The translations under genes and the position numbers were made by a program. The notes under the pieces are model-generated. The model worked only from the letters and a program-made list of their open reading frames with translations, had not been told where the DNA came from and did not search any database. From Paragordius varius (taxonomy: Eukaryota > Animalia > Nematomorpha), in the NCBI GenBank assembly GCA_964247055.1, contig OZ176054.1:2418001-2482000 (forward strand): a stretch of DNA of 64,000 nucleotides, in the 5' to 3' direction. Of this stretch, positions 40,151 through 51,054 are shown one piece after another (position 1 is the first letter of the stretch; every line of letters begins with the position of its first letter).

Positions 40151-43100
40151 ATGGATCTTAAACCTGCCGGTGTTGAAAAACTTTGGACAAAGCTGCAAAT
40201 ACGTTTGGAGGATAAAAATTTTTATGAAGCACATCAACTTTATAAAATTATATATTTTCGGCTTTTGAATCAACATAAATATCAAGATGCGTTTGATGTT
40301 TTAATAAACGGATCCTTAAAACTGATTACTAATAACCAAGTATTAATTATACCAATAAAAGGTTCCAAGTGGATATGAATTGGTTACGATTTATTTAGAA
40401 GATGGGGTAAAGAAACATAAAATTAGCACAGATCATATCAAATTAGGTTTATTTTATGAGTGAATTTAGATATGCTCATTGATATATTTCGTCTTTTGCC
40501 ACCAAATTCTCACGAAAGAACTCAATATCAATGCAATATCTTAGACATTTTTCAAAATTGCAATGAATTTTCTTCCACAACAGCGCAAACATTTTTAAAC
40601 AAAATTCACACCGAATTCGCTAAAATTTTATGGAAAGGTTTTAGTATTTAATTAAATTTAGTGATTATTATACTATTGATGCATAAATTGTTAAAATATA
40701 TCATAATGTTTCTTTTATTTTCAATAAAAAGGGTACTTAAATACTTTAGGGCCAGTTTGACCCTTAATCTATATATTTATTAATTAAATAATTATTTAAA
40801 TTAAATCACATCTGGTTGAATAAATTAGGGTTTTGATTCAAATCGGCTCTAACAAATTGATGTTTTAAATTTGATCGACTTGATGTTTTTAAAAGTTCGC
40901 TAATATTGCAGAAACACAATTTCTCAATTTTGCCTTCTATTATAGCATGGTTTTATTCCCTAAAATAAACACCTTAAACGCGAATTAATCGAATCAAAAT
41001 GTGAATCAATCTGTTTTATTTGTCGTGCATCAATAAACTTACATGACATATTGCATTAGTATTAAAAATTAAATACATCATGATTTATGAATTCAGAATA
41101 AAATTTAATCATACTTGAATTAACCTAAAACATCCTTTAATTTGTGTCAATAAGGGCCTTACATAAATTATTTGTTTTTTTGATACACATACCATTTATC
41201 ATATATTGATTAATCGTTATTTGGCCTAAAATATTTAAATTCCAGTCTATGACTTATGCGTTTGCCTTAAACATATTTTTTGTTTATATTTTTATTTTAT
41301 ATTGTGATTCTAGAAAAAGATTTTTCACAATCCCGGTACCATTTTATACGCTGTAGTGATGGGCTCTCATGTGCAACAATGTTAGTTGAGTATGCAACAT
41401 TGAAAGGTTACCCGTCCGAAACTGATTTATTTATAGCTCAAGCTGTTTTACAGTAATTATATTTTGGCAAAAAACCCAATACTTTTTTTGATTTTGCTTT
41501 AAATTTAAAGCATATATACATGCATATATATTTATATATATATATTTATATATATATATATATATATATATAATGACCGTATGATTCAGATGTACAAAGG
41601 AGTCATAGTTTTAGGGTATAATCATTTGAGGAATCCTTTTTAAAAATTTATTTTCGAGCTTGTCTCCATTTTATACCTATTATAAAGTGACTCAAATACA
41701 ATAAAACATTTAATTTAATCATTTAATATTTTATTTTCTAATATAATAGTAGAATTAAAGTTATACATTATTATTATTATTATTATTGGGTAAATTTGAA
41801 AATTAATTTTGTTAAATTTGGTCGTGATGCGAGTTATAGAATTATAATAAATTGAAGGCTAAGAGCTAAAGTATTGAAAATTGAAAATGGGTAATATATG
41901 GTGCGGTGTAATAGATTCGGGCGGCTTGCATAAGCTCCGCATAAATTCCCAAGCAATCCTTTAATTATGCCAGATATGGCAAAGTTATACAATGAGAGAG
42001 GTACAAGTGATCCTATAATAGCCCATAACAGTATGGTAAGATATCCACTATCCAGTTAATAAAAGTGGCTGCCCAATATCCATCTAAAATTCAAAATATA
42101 CCTCATCCAATCATTTTAAAAAAAATAATATCAACTAGGTATAATTAACGGGGTTTTTTGTTAGAATCAACCGAAGAGAAAAACCCTATAAGTACTAAAA
42201 ATAACCTAAACTAACATAATAAATATAGCCTATCTGAAAGCCTAAGGTTTAAACCACAAGATGCCTCTTTTAGTATTTTTTAATATATATTTATACGTTT
42301 TTAAAATTAGCTTTAAAAAACCCAAATCTTAACGTTTATACCCGTACTATTTTTTTCATATTTAAATGACATATTAATATTCAAAAGATAGAGTTTAAAC
42401 GCTCTATATGACAGGGCTTATTAAACTATGGGTCGCGACCCCATTTGGGGTCGCGAATGATAAAAATACAATTAAACAAAAAATGCTTTTAAACTTGAAA
42501 AATTATTGTTATAAAGAAAAATAACAATCATCGTAGATAAATATATCATAAAATATTCTCTTTCGAAAATACTCTTATACCAGTATTTCTATTCCAATAT
42601 CTTGTATTACTATGAATCAGTAGATATTATTACTTCAAACGCTAAATTTGAAAGTTTTATTAAAAATCAGCATTTGGAGTAGGGTCGAAATATATTCGTT
42701 CGTATTGATTTACAAAAAATAGTTTGGATTTAAAAGCCGTTTTGGATTGGCTTAAGTGAGATTGATCATCCACTTAAAGCTCAAGGGGAATTTGCAGATC
42801 ATTCCTGTGACTCAAACTCTACAATTCCAAAAAAAACCCTTGACTGAGTTCTGGATCGGAACTATAACTGAATTTCCTACAATCGCCGATATGGCGTTAA
42901 TTGTACTTCTGCCATTCAATACCATATATTTATGCAAAGTTACTTTCTCAGCTTTAAGACATATTAAATCCCAATATCGTTCAGCGATAAAAAATGTTGA
43001 AGAGGTCTTACGTCCATCAATTTTAAACATTGCAACAATATTTGATTTGTTATGCAATAAAAAACAGGCACATCCATCTCATTAAATTTTTAACGTAAAC

Positions 43101-45155
43101 TTTAATTTAATATTTACCACGCAACTACATATTCGAGAGAATTAAGATTGTCAGAATCCTGTTTTTGAAACTATAATAAAAACTTTTCTTTAACATTTTG
43201 TGCAAATTTCAATTTTTGATTTTTAGTTTTCAAAACGAATTCTAAATTTATATTATTTTCATATGCATATGTATATTGGTACCTAATAAATATATCATTA
43301 AAAAATATTAAATATTTCTTTTATATTTATTGGGGTCATTAAGAAACTCGCAATTATAATCGCAAATTAAAAAAGTTTAAGAAGCCCTGCTCTATGATAT
43401 TAATTTTATATTTTTAAAGTTATATTTGATTTTCTGTCTATTTTCTCTTGTTTTTGAAAAATTGAAAAACCTTTAATATCTCAAAATTCTAAGGAGGGGG
43501 AATCAAATTTTTTTTCACGGTTTTAGAAAACTGAAATTAGTCAAAATTTAAAATTTTGAGTGGTGGTGCTCGAAAAAATCCAAATTTGTCGACTATTATG
43601 CAATTAGTTGTTTTATTGGTTTATTTATCTTTTTTTCAAATTTTAGTTGTACATCTTATATGATAAGTTATAATATAATATAGCTTTAATACTTTTTTAT
43701 AACTTATATTTTTTAATTTGAACATTTTACTCAATTTCGTTTACCAAAATTATTTTATAATAATTTTTTAATAGATATCTTTGCCTAAAAAACAAGGATA
43801 CAGCTCACCATGCCTTTTATGCCTACGTTAAACTCCATCCTGTAATTCATCGAGAAAAACCACCTTTTCCCTTCCCCCTCCTAAATTTCTTGTGCTTTCT
43901 GTTGGCTGCCATACAAAGGTAATTTTATCAAAAAAATTTTGATATAATTTTAGATTTTGGCATATTGAATAATAGATTTGATTAAAAATTAGATGAATAA
44001 TACTTTTAGATGCCGGTTTTTTTACAAATATATAGAGTAATTATTATAAATTAATTTTTTTAAAAAAATATTTTACCTTTTACATAATCTAATTTTGGGT
44101 TTTAATAACATATGAAATTAAAGTTTAAATTTTTTGATAATGCATATTTAAATTTTATCTGATATAACAGGAATTACAAATTAACCGTTTTCTCCATACT
44201 CTGTGATAAATATGAGCCTAGTTTGAGACGTGATCCGTCTTTTTTTACGGTAATTTTTTTATTTTAAATATATTTTATTATAAAGAATATTTTATTACAT
44301 TTTAATTTTTTGTGGTTATATTAACTAATCTAAATAAATAATTATTTAGACTCTATTATATGTATGTTTTAGTATTTGGATCGTATTGGGCAAATATTTT
44401 TTAATTTACCCCCCAAGCCTACATCAACCGGTCTATTTGGTACGCATTTGTTAAATTTCATAAAATACTTTTTAATGTTTTTAAAATATCTTTACATTTC
44501 ATATTTAATTAATTTTTATATTTCATTTACACCAAATCCTTGAACATTCACTCTAAAATTAATTATGTGTAATGGAATATTAAAAATTACCACCTATATA
44601 TATTTGTAAAGAATGAAATTTCATTTATGATTAACTAACATAAACTGAAAAAATAATAAACTATGCCGTAAAGAAATTTTTTATATCCATGATTAATTAT
44701 ATTAGCCTGAAAACACTTAATTTATTATTAAGGTGAATGTGAATTGTTTAAGGGTAATTTGAATTGTACGAGGGTGAATTTGAAATGTAAATGGTATAAT
44801 TCTTTATATTATTATAGATAATTTTTTCTCAAATCTCATGACCAACTTCCAAAGCATTGTTGGGGAACCGCTTGAAACAGATAATAATAATAGCCATCAT
44901 ACTGTAAAAAATAATGCATCAGAAAATGTAACCTTTAACCATTTTAATAATAATGCCACAGAAGAAATTGATTATAGTTATTGCAATAATTTTAGTGATA
45001 AAAATTATAACAATACAAATTTTGATAATTTTAACACAAAATCTACGCCCTATTTCACCAAAGAAACGATCGAAACAAACGAAGGCACAGGAACGAATGT
45101 TGGCAAATTTAAAAGCAAAACTAAACTGGAATTAAGAGAGGACGATTTAGATTGA
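40151..45155 (+). CDS. GET4: Golgi to ER traffic protein 4 (GET4/TRC35), ~402 aa, 8 exons
   Basis: Exons 40151-40339, 40362-40446, 40470-40637, 41314-41452, 43775-43918, 44171-44249, 44373-44439, 44818-45155 (1209 nt). Motifs KNFYEAHQLYK, PPNSHER, SRYHF, GYPSETDLFIAQAVLQYLCLKN, PLLNFL, LCDKYEPSLRRDP, YLDRIGQIFF, C-terminal EDDLD*. Confidence 0.95.
40340..40361 (+). other. 22-nt micro-intron (GET4 intron 1), shortest in the window
   Basis: GTATTAATTATACCAATAAAAG. Retention frameshifts to TGA at 40376-40378; removal gives LITNNQ|VPSGYELVTIYLE, matching GET4 FFSHGQQNSAADLSMLVLE. Confidence 0.85.
40447..40469 (+). other. 23-nt micro-intron (GET4 intron 2)
   Basis: GTTTATTTTATGAGTGAATTTAG, in-frame TGA. 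Removal gives DHIKL-D-MLIDIFRLLPPNSHER, matching [21 protein letters not shown]. Confidence 0.88.
41880..43596. repeat. Family X repeat in GET4 intron 4, interrupted by a hAT element
   Basis: Flanks 41880-42000 and 43440-43596 match 38380-38712; left boundary approximate. Confidence 0.6.
42412..43389 (+). mobile_element. Internally deleted hAT (Charlie/Buster-like) transposon, 978 bp, keeping the transposase C-terminal dimerization region
   Basis: 16-bp TIRs CAGGGCTTATTAAACT / AGTTTAAGAAGCCCTG (15/16), 8-bp TSD CTATATGA / CTCTATGA (7/8). ORF 42756-43085 has LTEFWIGTITEFPTIADMALIVLLPFNTIYLCKVTFSAL...KQAHPSH. Confidence 0.9.
44519..44796. mobile_element. MITE with ~20-bp subterminal tandem repeats (family C, copy 1) in GET4 intron 7
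   Basis: Right end AGGGTAATTTGAATTGTACGAGGGTGAATTTGAAATGTAAATGGTA; the left end is a degenerate inverse. Confidence 0.7.
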
Positions 45156-46423
45156 GAAAAAAATAATTTTTAAAAGAGATTTTTTTCAATGTTTTTAAGG
45201 TTAAATTGAAATTATAGATATATATGCAACTCAATCATCATCATTTTGTTTAATTTTTAATGGCGAAATTGTGTTAATTGTATATGTTTAATATTGCATT
45301 GTAAATAACCAATGATGATGATATCCAATATTTAATGCATAAATGAATATTTGACTTATATTGATTTTGTTGAATGATTATTAAAACAGCTTAAAACACT
45401 TCTTTACATATGTTTTTTCTCGGAGTTTAAATTAGTAACAAAAATGATAATGAGTTACATAAGGCAAAGAAACCCGGAATTGACAGTTTCGTGATTTCTA
45501 ATGTCCAATAAACTTAGTCAAATCTAACAACTGATTCTTAACATCGTTGATTCTGCCATATATATGCAACTAAAGTTAATTAAATTATACTTTTGAAAAA
45601 GTTTGCGATGACAATTTTTATATAATGCACCTAAAAGGCCATATAATGCCTATTTTTAATTTAGCCCGATATCATAGATATTTTATTAGATATTAACTAT
45701 TGGAATTGCTTTGGTGTAGAAAACTGCCTTAAAACTAAGTTATGTGTTTTTATTCGAAACTTTCAATAATTTATTTTATAATGAAAAAATTGTATGTTTG
45801 ACTAGTTGGAGAGACGATTGCATCGAAAAATCCTCTAAACCAGGAGTGTATAACACAAAACAAAAAATCCGCCGTGCCGCATTCGCAAGATATATGGGGA
45901 TTAACAAATAATTTATTAGATTCTTAACACAAGACTGTTAAAACTACTATTTATTTTAACATTTTTTTTCTAGTTTATTCTAAAATTCGGGACGATTAAA
46001 GCAGAAAATTTGTTTAAAAAAAGTAATTGTACTTAGGATTTGGTTAAATTTTGCATTTGAAACTTCTCACGGACTGCAGAAATAATTCGAGCAGCCAGCA
46101 GACCTAAATATCTAAGCATATAATAATTACTAAAAATTTATTTCCTCATATTGCATTTCTCATCATACCATATTTCCATAATAATAACATTATTTAAATA
46201 GAGTATATTCACAATTGGTAAATCAAATCATAAAATAGCTACCAAGTTTTTGTGATATACATTGTATATTATTATTATGGCATTTAAAGCATTCATTACG
46301 TCAAAAAATATGGGTATTCAATAATTTTTGATATAAAATATTTTCAGTTGTTGGACACCAATTATAATAGGAATTCCATTATATTCTCTTTTTTGAAGTA
46401 ATTTTGGGCAACATTATTTTTAT

Positions 46424-49400
46424 TTAATCTTCCACAAAAGAAATTTGACCAGGACCACCCTTTTTCATCCAACGCCGATAACTTTTGTATTTACCGCTTT
46501 GGAGTAATTTGGCTTTGTTTTCGGCGTCACGTGCTTTTTGCCATACCTTAATACATTTATAAAAGAGAAAAAATAAAATGATAAAGAGACCAAACAATTA
46601 TAATTTAAAAAATTCTATATTTTTTAATAACCATATTCTTTTAATAACCATATAAAAGAAATATGTAAAATGCTACATATTTAATTTTATATTATCCATT
46701 AATAGATATGTAGTCATTTGCTGTTTTGGTTTGCCGTTATACTTTAAAATATTCTGCATATGAAATAAAAGAAAATCGTTTCTAATGCAAAATAAAATTA
46801 TCTCTAATATTTTTAAACGAAAAAAACATAAGAGAAAAATGTTTTAGAGTTTCTATGCAAAATACTTATAAAACAATTTTGAAAAAAATTTAATTCATAT
46901 TTTTTTTTTAAAAAAAAAAGGTTTTTACATCAAAATTGGATTTTATCCAAAGTTCCTGATCCAAGTATTCCAGCTGTTCCTCTTCTGAGAATTGATTGAA
47001 TTGAGCCTCACTCATTTTCATGTAGCGACGTATAAGGTATAACTTTTGTTCATCATAATATGGCTAAAATGATGGATATATAAAATATAAAATTAAACCT
47101 TTTCCTTGGACGACGATTGTAAATTTTATATATAAACTCTGAAATAACTATTTGTTTTCTAAGCTCTACAATTTTTATGAATATGTATGTTCCGAATATA
47201 ATATACCGTTTACAGTTCAATTTCACCCTTGAACAATTCATGAACAATTCAAATTCACCCTTGAACAATTCGAATTCACCCTAAAAATATATTATGTGTC
47301 CTTGAACTAATATAACTCATTGTTAATATAAAAAATATCTTTATTGCATAGTTTATTATTTATTCAGTATTACTTTAATTTTAAACAAAATTTTAAAAAT
47401 ATAAATAATTTTTAATCTTAAAAAAACACTTAATTTATTATAGGTGAACTTGAATTTTTTAAGGGTGATGAATTATTTAAGGGTGAATTTGAATTGTAAA
47501 TGTCCAGTAAAATATTAAATATTACTTAGAAATTTAAAATCGTTTTTAAATAAAATCTCTCGTTACATATGCTAAATAAATTCCGGATATTTTATATTTT
47601 AGGAACAGTCCTCTATTTAAACTAACATGTTCAACTGTATGTACTATAAAATTTAGTATAACTGTGCAAGTTAGTTTAAAGAGTAAAAAAATTACAAAAT
47701 ATATACCAATTTTAGGTAATTGAATTTGTATATCCATGTAACATACCAAACAATGTATTTATAAGCCAAATATGGAAGCATAACGATTTGAACAGCTAAT
47801 ATATCTGTCCATTCTGGTTTGGCATATGCACCTCTATAATATTTTTTTTTGAAAAAAAATTAAATACAAAAATTACTAATTAATATGAATGCCAAAATTA
47901 AATATTAACATACTTGATATCCATTTGATCTCTTATGATGGTTTTAAGTATATTTTCCTCGTTTAATTTCATTTCCTCCTAAAAACAATATAATATAAGG
48001 GAATTAATTAAACATGTGAAAATATAAAGAACCGAAACAATTGACTTTTTTGGGGATAGGTTGGCAAAAAAAGATTTTAAAATCCTTCTCAAATTATTTT
48101 TTATGAGAAAAGTAATAATACAATCTTTGCAATTATAAATTATGAGTTAATTCACATTGTGTGTCAAATTAATTAGGCTAAGTGCATATAAAAATAAAAT
48201 AAAACTATTACCAAATACTAACTACAAAAAACAATGGAATTAAAACTATTTTTTCGACAAAAAAATCCGAATTGAAACTATATCGCTAAAACCGTTTGTT
48301 AATGATACCTTGGACTTTTTAATTTAAATTCGATTCTACAAACATTATAAACATTTGGTGCAAAATTTGAGTTTTTTTTCAAAAAGTTTTTAACAATCAA
48401 ACCATTTTTTTTATAAAAAAATCAAAATTAAAACTATACCGCCAGAGCGGTTTTTTAAACCTAAATTTTTAGGACTCAAAAACTTTATAAAAATTCTAAA
48501 TGTTAATAATCTATTCATATTAGACATAAAAATTAAAAAATATTTTATACTTTTGTTAATTTGACCACAAGCATCTCCGTTTGTGATCAAAATTTTTTTA
48601 AAATCAAAACAATATCTTAAGAACCGAGTTTAAGGCATTTTTTTCACTGAAACCATAATCGTTGTTTAATTAAATTTGTAGATACACTTGTCAAAGTATA
48701 GCATCTAACTTTTGCTCAAAATTAAATCTTTTAGAATTTAACATTTTAAAATTCCCTTAATTTGGTCAAAAAATGAAATGCAGACACCGTTTTATTTGAT
48801 AAAAGAATTTTCAAAATCGAAATGTATCGTAAAAACCGTTTATAACATAATTTTTATCGAAATTAAATCATATGGATCCAATAAACCTGTTAAATTTATA
48901 TCTATGGGCGCATATTTTTACATATAAATATCAATTAAGTTTTAATTTTTTTAATTTAAAAAAAGCATAAAACCTAAAACCATTTTTTATAAAAAAAATT
49001 CTGGAATCAAAACTAAATCATGATAACCGTTTTAAAGTATTTTTTTCTCCAGAACCGGTGTTTTATACAATTTAAAGATAAACCTTTTGTATATTACATA
49101 TATTTTTGCTAACTAAATTTATTAATTTGACCAAGATACAAAATAAACACCAAAACCATTTTTTTGTGCATTACAAATTGCAAAATCGAAAAGTAAAAAT
49201 AAAAATCCACATTTTGAATTGGTAATTTTTTTTAAAATCAATACTTTTGTTAGCTTAACACCGCCAATACGATTTTTGCTTCGTTTCCCTGAGTTACCTC
49301 CAGAGTCAATAAGACCGTCTCGTTCTGCTATTTCCTTGGCTTTTATACGATATTTGGGAACAGTTAGAAAGTAATCAACCACTTCATTATATTTTTGCCA

Positions 49401-50879
49401 TGATGTCCAATACTAAAAATATATGTGTGTGTGTATAAACTACATTGTATTTGTCGGAATATTAACAATGAAATATATTTGAATATATGTGTGCTAAATT
49501 TTGTGACTTAATTTTTAGATTTTGAACGAAAAATATAGTGTTCAATGCATAAAAATATATTTTGTCATGAAATTGTGTTGAATTTCATAAAAAAACAATA
49601 TTTATTGATATAACAAATAAATGGATATTATTTAATCAAATGAATTTAGTAATTTTGTTTAAATGCCATAAATCAATCATTAATTAAAATAGCATTAATA
49701 TTTAATAATCATAAACAATTAATCGAATTGGACATTACTAAAAAACTGGGATCAATGTATTTTTTAAGGTATCAAATATAAATTTCTTAAACTTTTTAAA
49801 ATAAAAATTAAGACAAATATTATATTTGACATTTTAAATCACATAATTTACATAATTGTAACATCCTGTAAATAATAGTCAAATTTTCTTATCCAAATTT
49901 TTTTATTTTCTTAAATTAAAATCCAATAAAAATGTGTTACCTGTATGGCAGAAATAGCAGTTAATAAAACTGCAAGAACGATACGGACATCAACTTTAGG
50001 TGAATAACGTCTTCGGTAATAATAATAATAATTTCGAATGTCATCTAAATAATTGGATCATTTTTTTAAATAAAAAATGTACAAATAATTGAAAAATATT
50101 TTTTTCAATGATTTTATGAAATATAAGAAATTCGAGAGCAGAAATAAGAGAAATGAAATTTTTTTAAAGTAAGATATAAATAAAATAATCTTTGATCCTA
50201 ACAGATAATTATAGAACTTTAGAAAGTTATGAATTATATATTGAAATAATGAAAAAACCTGGATGATCTAATAAGTAATCATAATCTTTCCTGGCTTCCT
50301 CGTCTTTTAAAACCTAAAAGTTATGAAAAAATATTTAAGTTTATTGATATGATGGACATTTTCCAATTAAATATAAGTTTAAATTCTTTTAAATAATTTT
50401 TAATCAATTGATTTGACTATAACCCTTCAAAAAACAATTTAAAAAGAAGGTTTATTAATATATTTCGGAACTTAACCGTTAAAAAGTCAAATAAAAGATA
50501 TTTAGAGGTAAAGTGGAGTTAAGGATCTATAAGTACGGTAGATGCATCATAAAAAAGGAGTAAAATAAAGGTATCACTTTTAATCCAAAATATGAAATTT
50601 AAAAATAAAATAAAACTTCATAAGCTTGTGCAATTTTTTGAAATATTTTTTGGTTTTCTAATTTTTCTTCCGCTGTTTGAAAACGATCTGGATGATGTTT
50701 TCTGGCTAGAGTTCGGTAGTTTTTAGCAATATCTTGTTTACTGGCATCCCGGGTAAGATTTAAGACTAGTCATAATTAAAATTAATAAAAATACTTTCAT
50801 AACAATTATCTCTTCCACAGTAAATGGCATATCCAAGCTTGATGTTGGATAATAAATATAACAGGATATAAAATTTCAT
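46424..50879 (-). CDS. DNAJC25: DnaJ homolog subfamily C member 25, ~336 aa, 9 exons
   Basis: Exons (minus) 50879-50795, 50765-50617, 50313-50259, 50044-49941, 49412-49245, 47978-47914, 47833-47707, 47063-46929, 46546-46424 (1011 nt). Signal-like MKFYILLYLL, IYCGRDNCYE, J domain with HPD (LARKHHPDR), RKDYDYLLDHP, PKVDVRIV, LTVPKYRIKAKEIA, YRRWMKKGGPGQISFVED*. Confidence 0.95.
47204..47503. mobile_element. Family C MITE copy 2 in DNAJC25 intron 7
   Basis: TACCGTTTACAGTTCAATTTCACCCTTGAACAATTC... with an inverted array ...AAGGGTGAATTTGAATTGTAAATG. Confidence 0.8.
48240..49060. repeat. Degenerate internal repeat array (~155-220 bp spacing) in DNAJC25 intron 5
   Basis: An AAAACTATA.CGC.A.A.CCGTTT-like motif recurs at ~48275, 48430, 48605, 48820 and 49010. 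Confidence 0.5.
50766..50794 (-). other. 29-nt micro-intron (DNAJC25 intron 1)
   Basis: GTATTTTTATTAATTTTAATTATGACTAG, with the terminal TAG in frame. Removal gives YCGRDNCYE-I-LNLTRDAS, matching YCGTRDCYEVLGVSRSA. Confidence 0.9.
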
Positions 50880-51054
50880 AAAGCTATAAAATACATGCCC
50901 TAATACTGATTTAATGACTGCAAATTGTTCACATATATTTTTTAAAAATATTTCAAATAATATTTTAAAAATAATTTTAAATACAAACATTTTATTTTTT
51001 GCTGGATAAAACAGCTTGCGCATTTGTTTTGTGACTAATCCACCCGATTCTGAT
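50880..51054. promoter_or_regulatory. Putative compact bidirectional promoter (175 bp between divergent start codons)
   Basis: DNAJC25 ATG at 50879 (-) and PLEKHF2 ATG at 51055 (+). Inferred from geometry only; no motif identified. Confidence 0.6.

Noticed and set aside
45841-46100. CAGGAGTGTATAAC hAT-like terminus between GET4 and DNAJC25
   Set aside because: No matching second TIR or TSD found; probably a fragment, so not listed as a feature.
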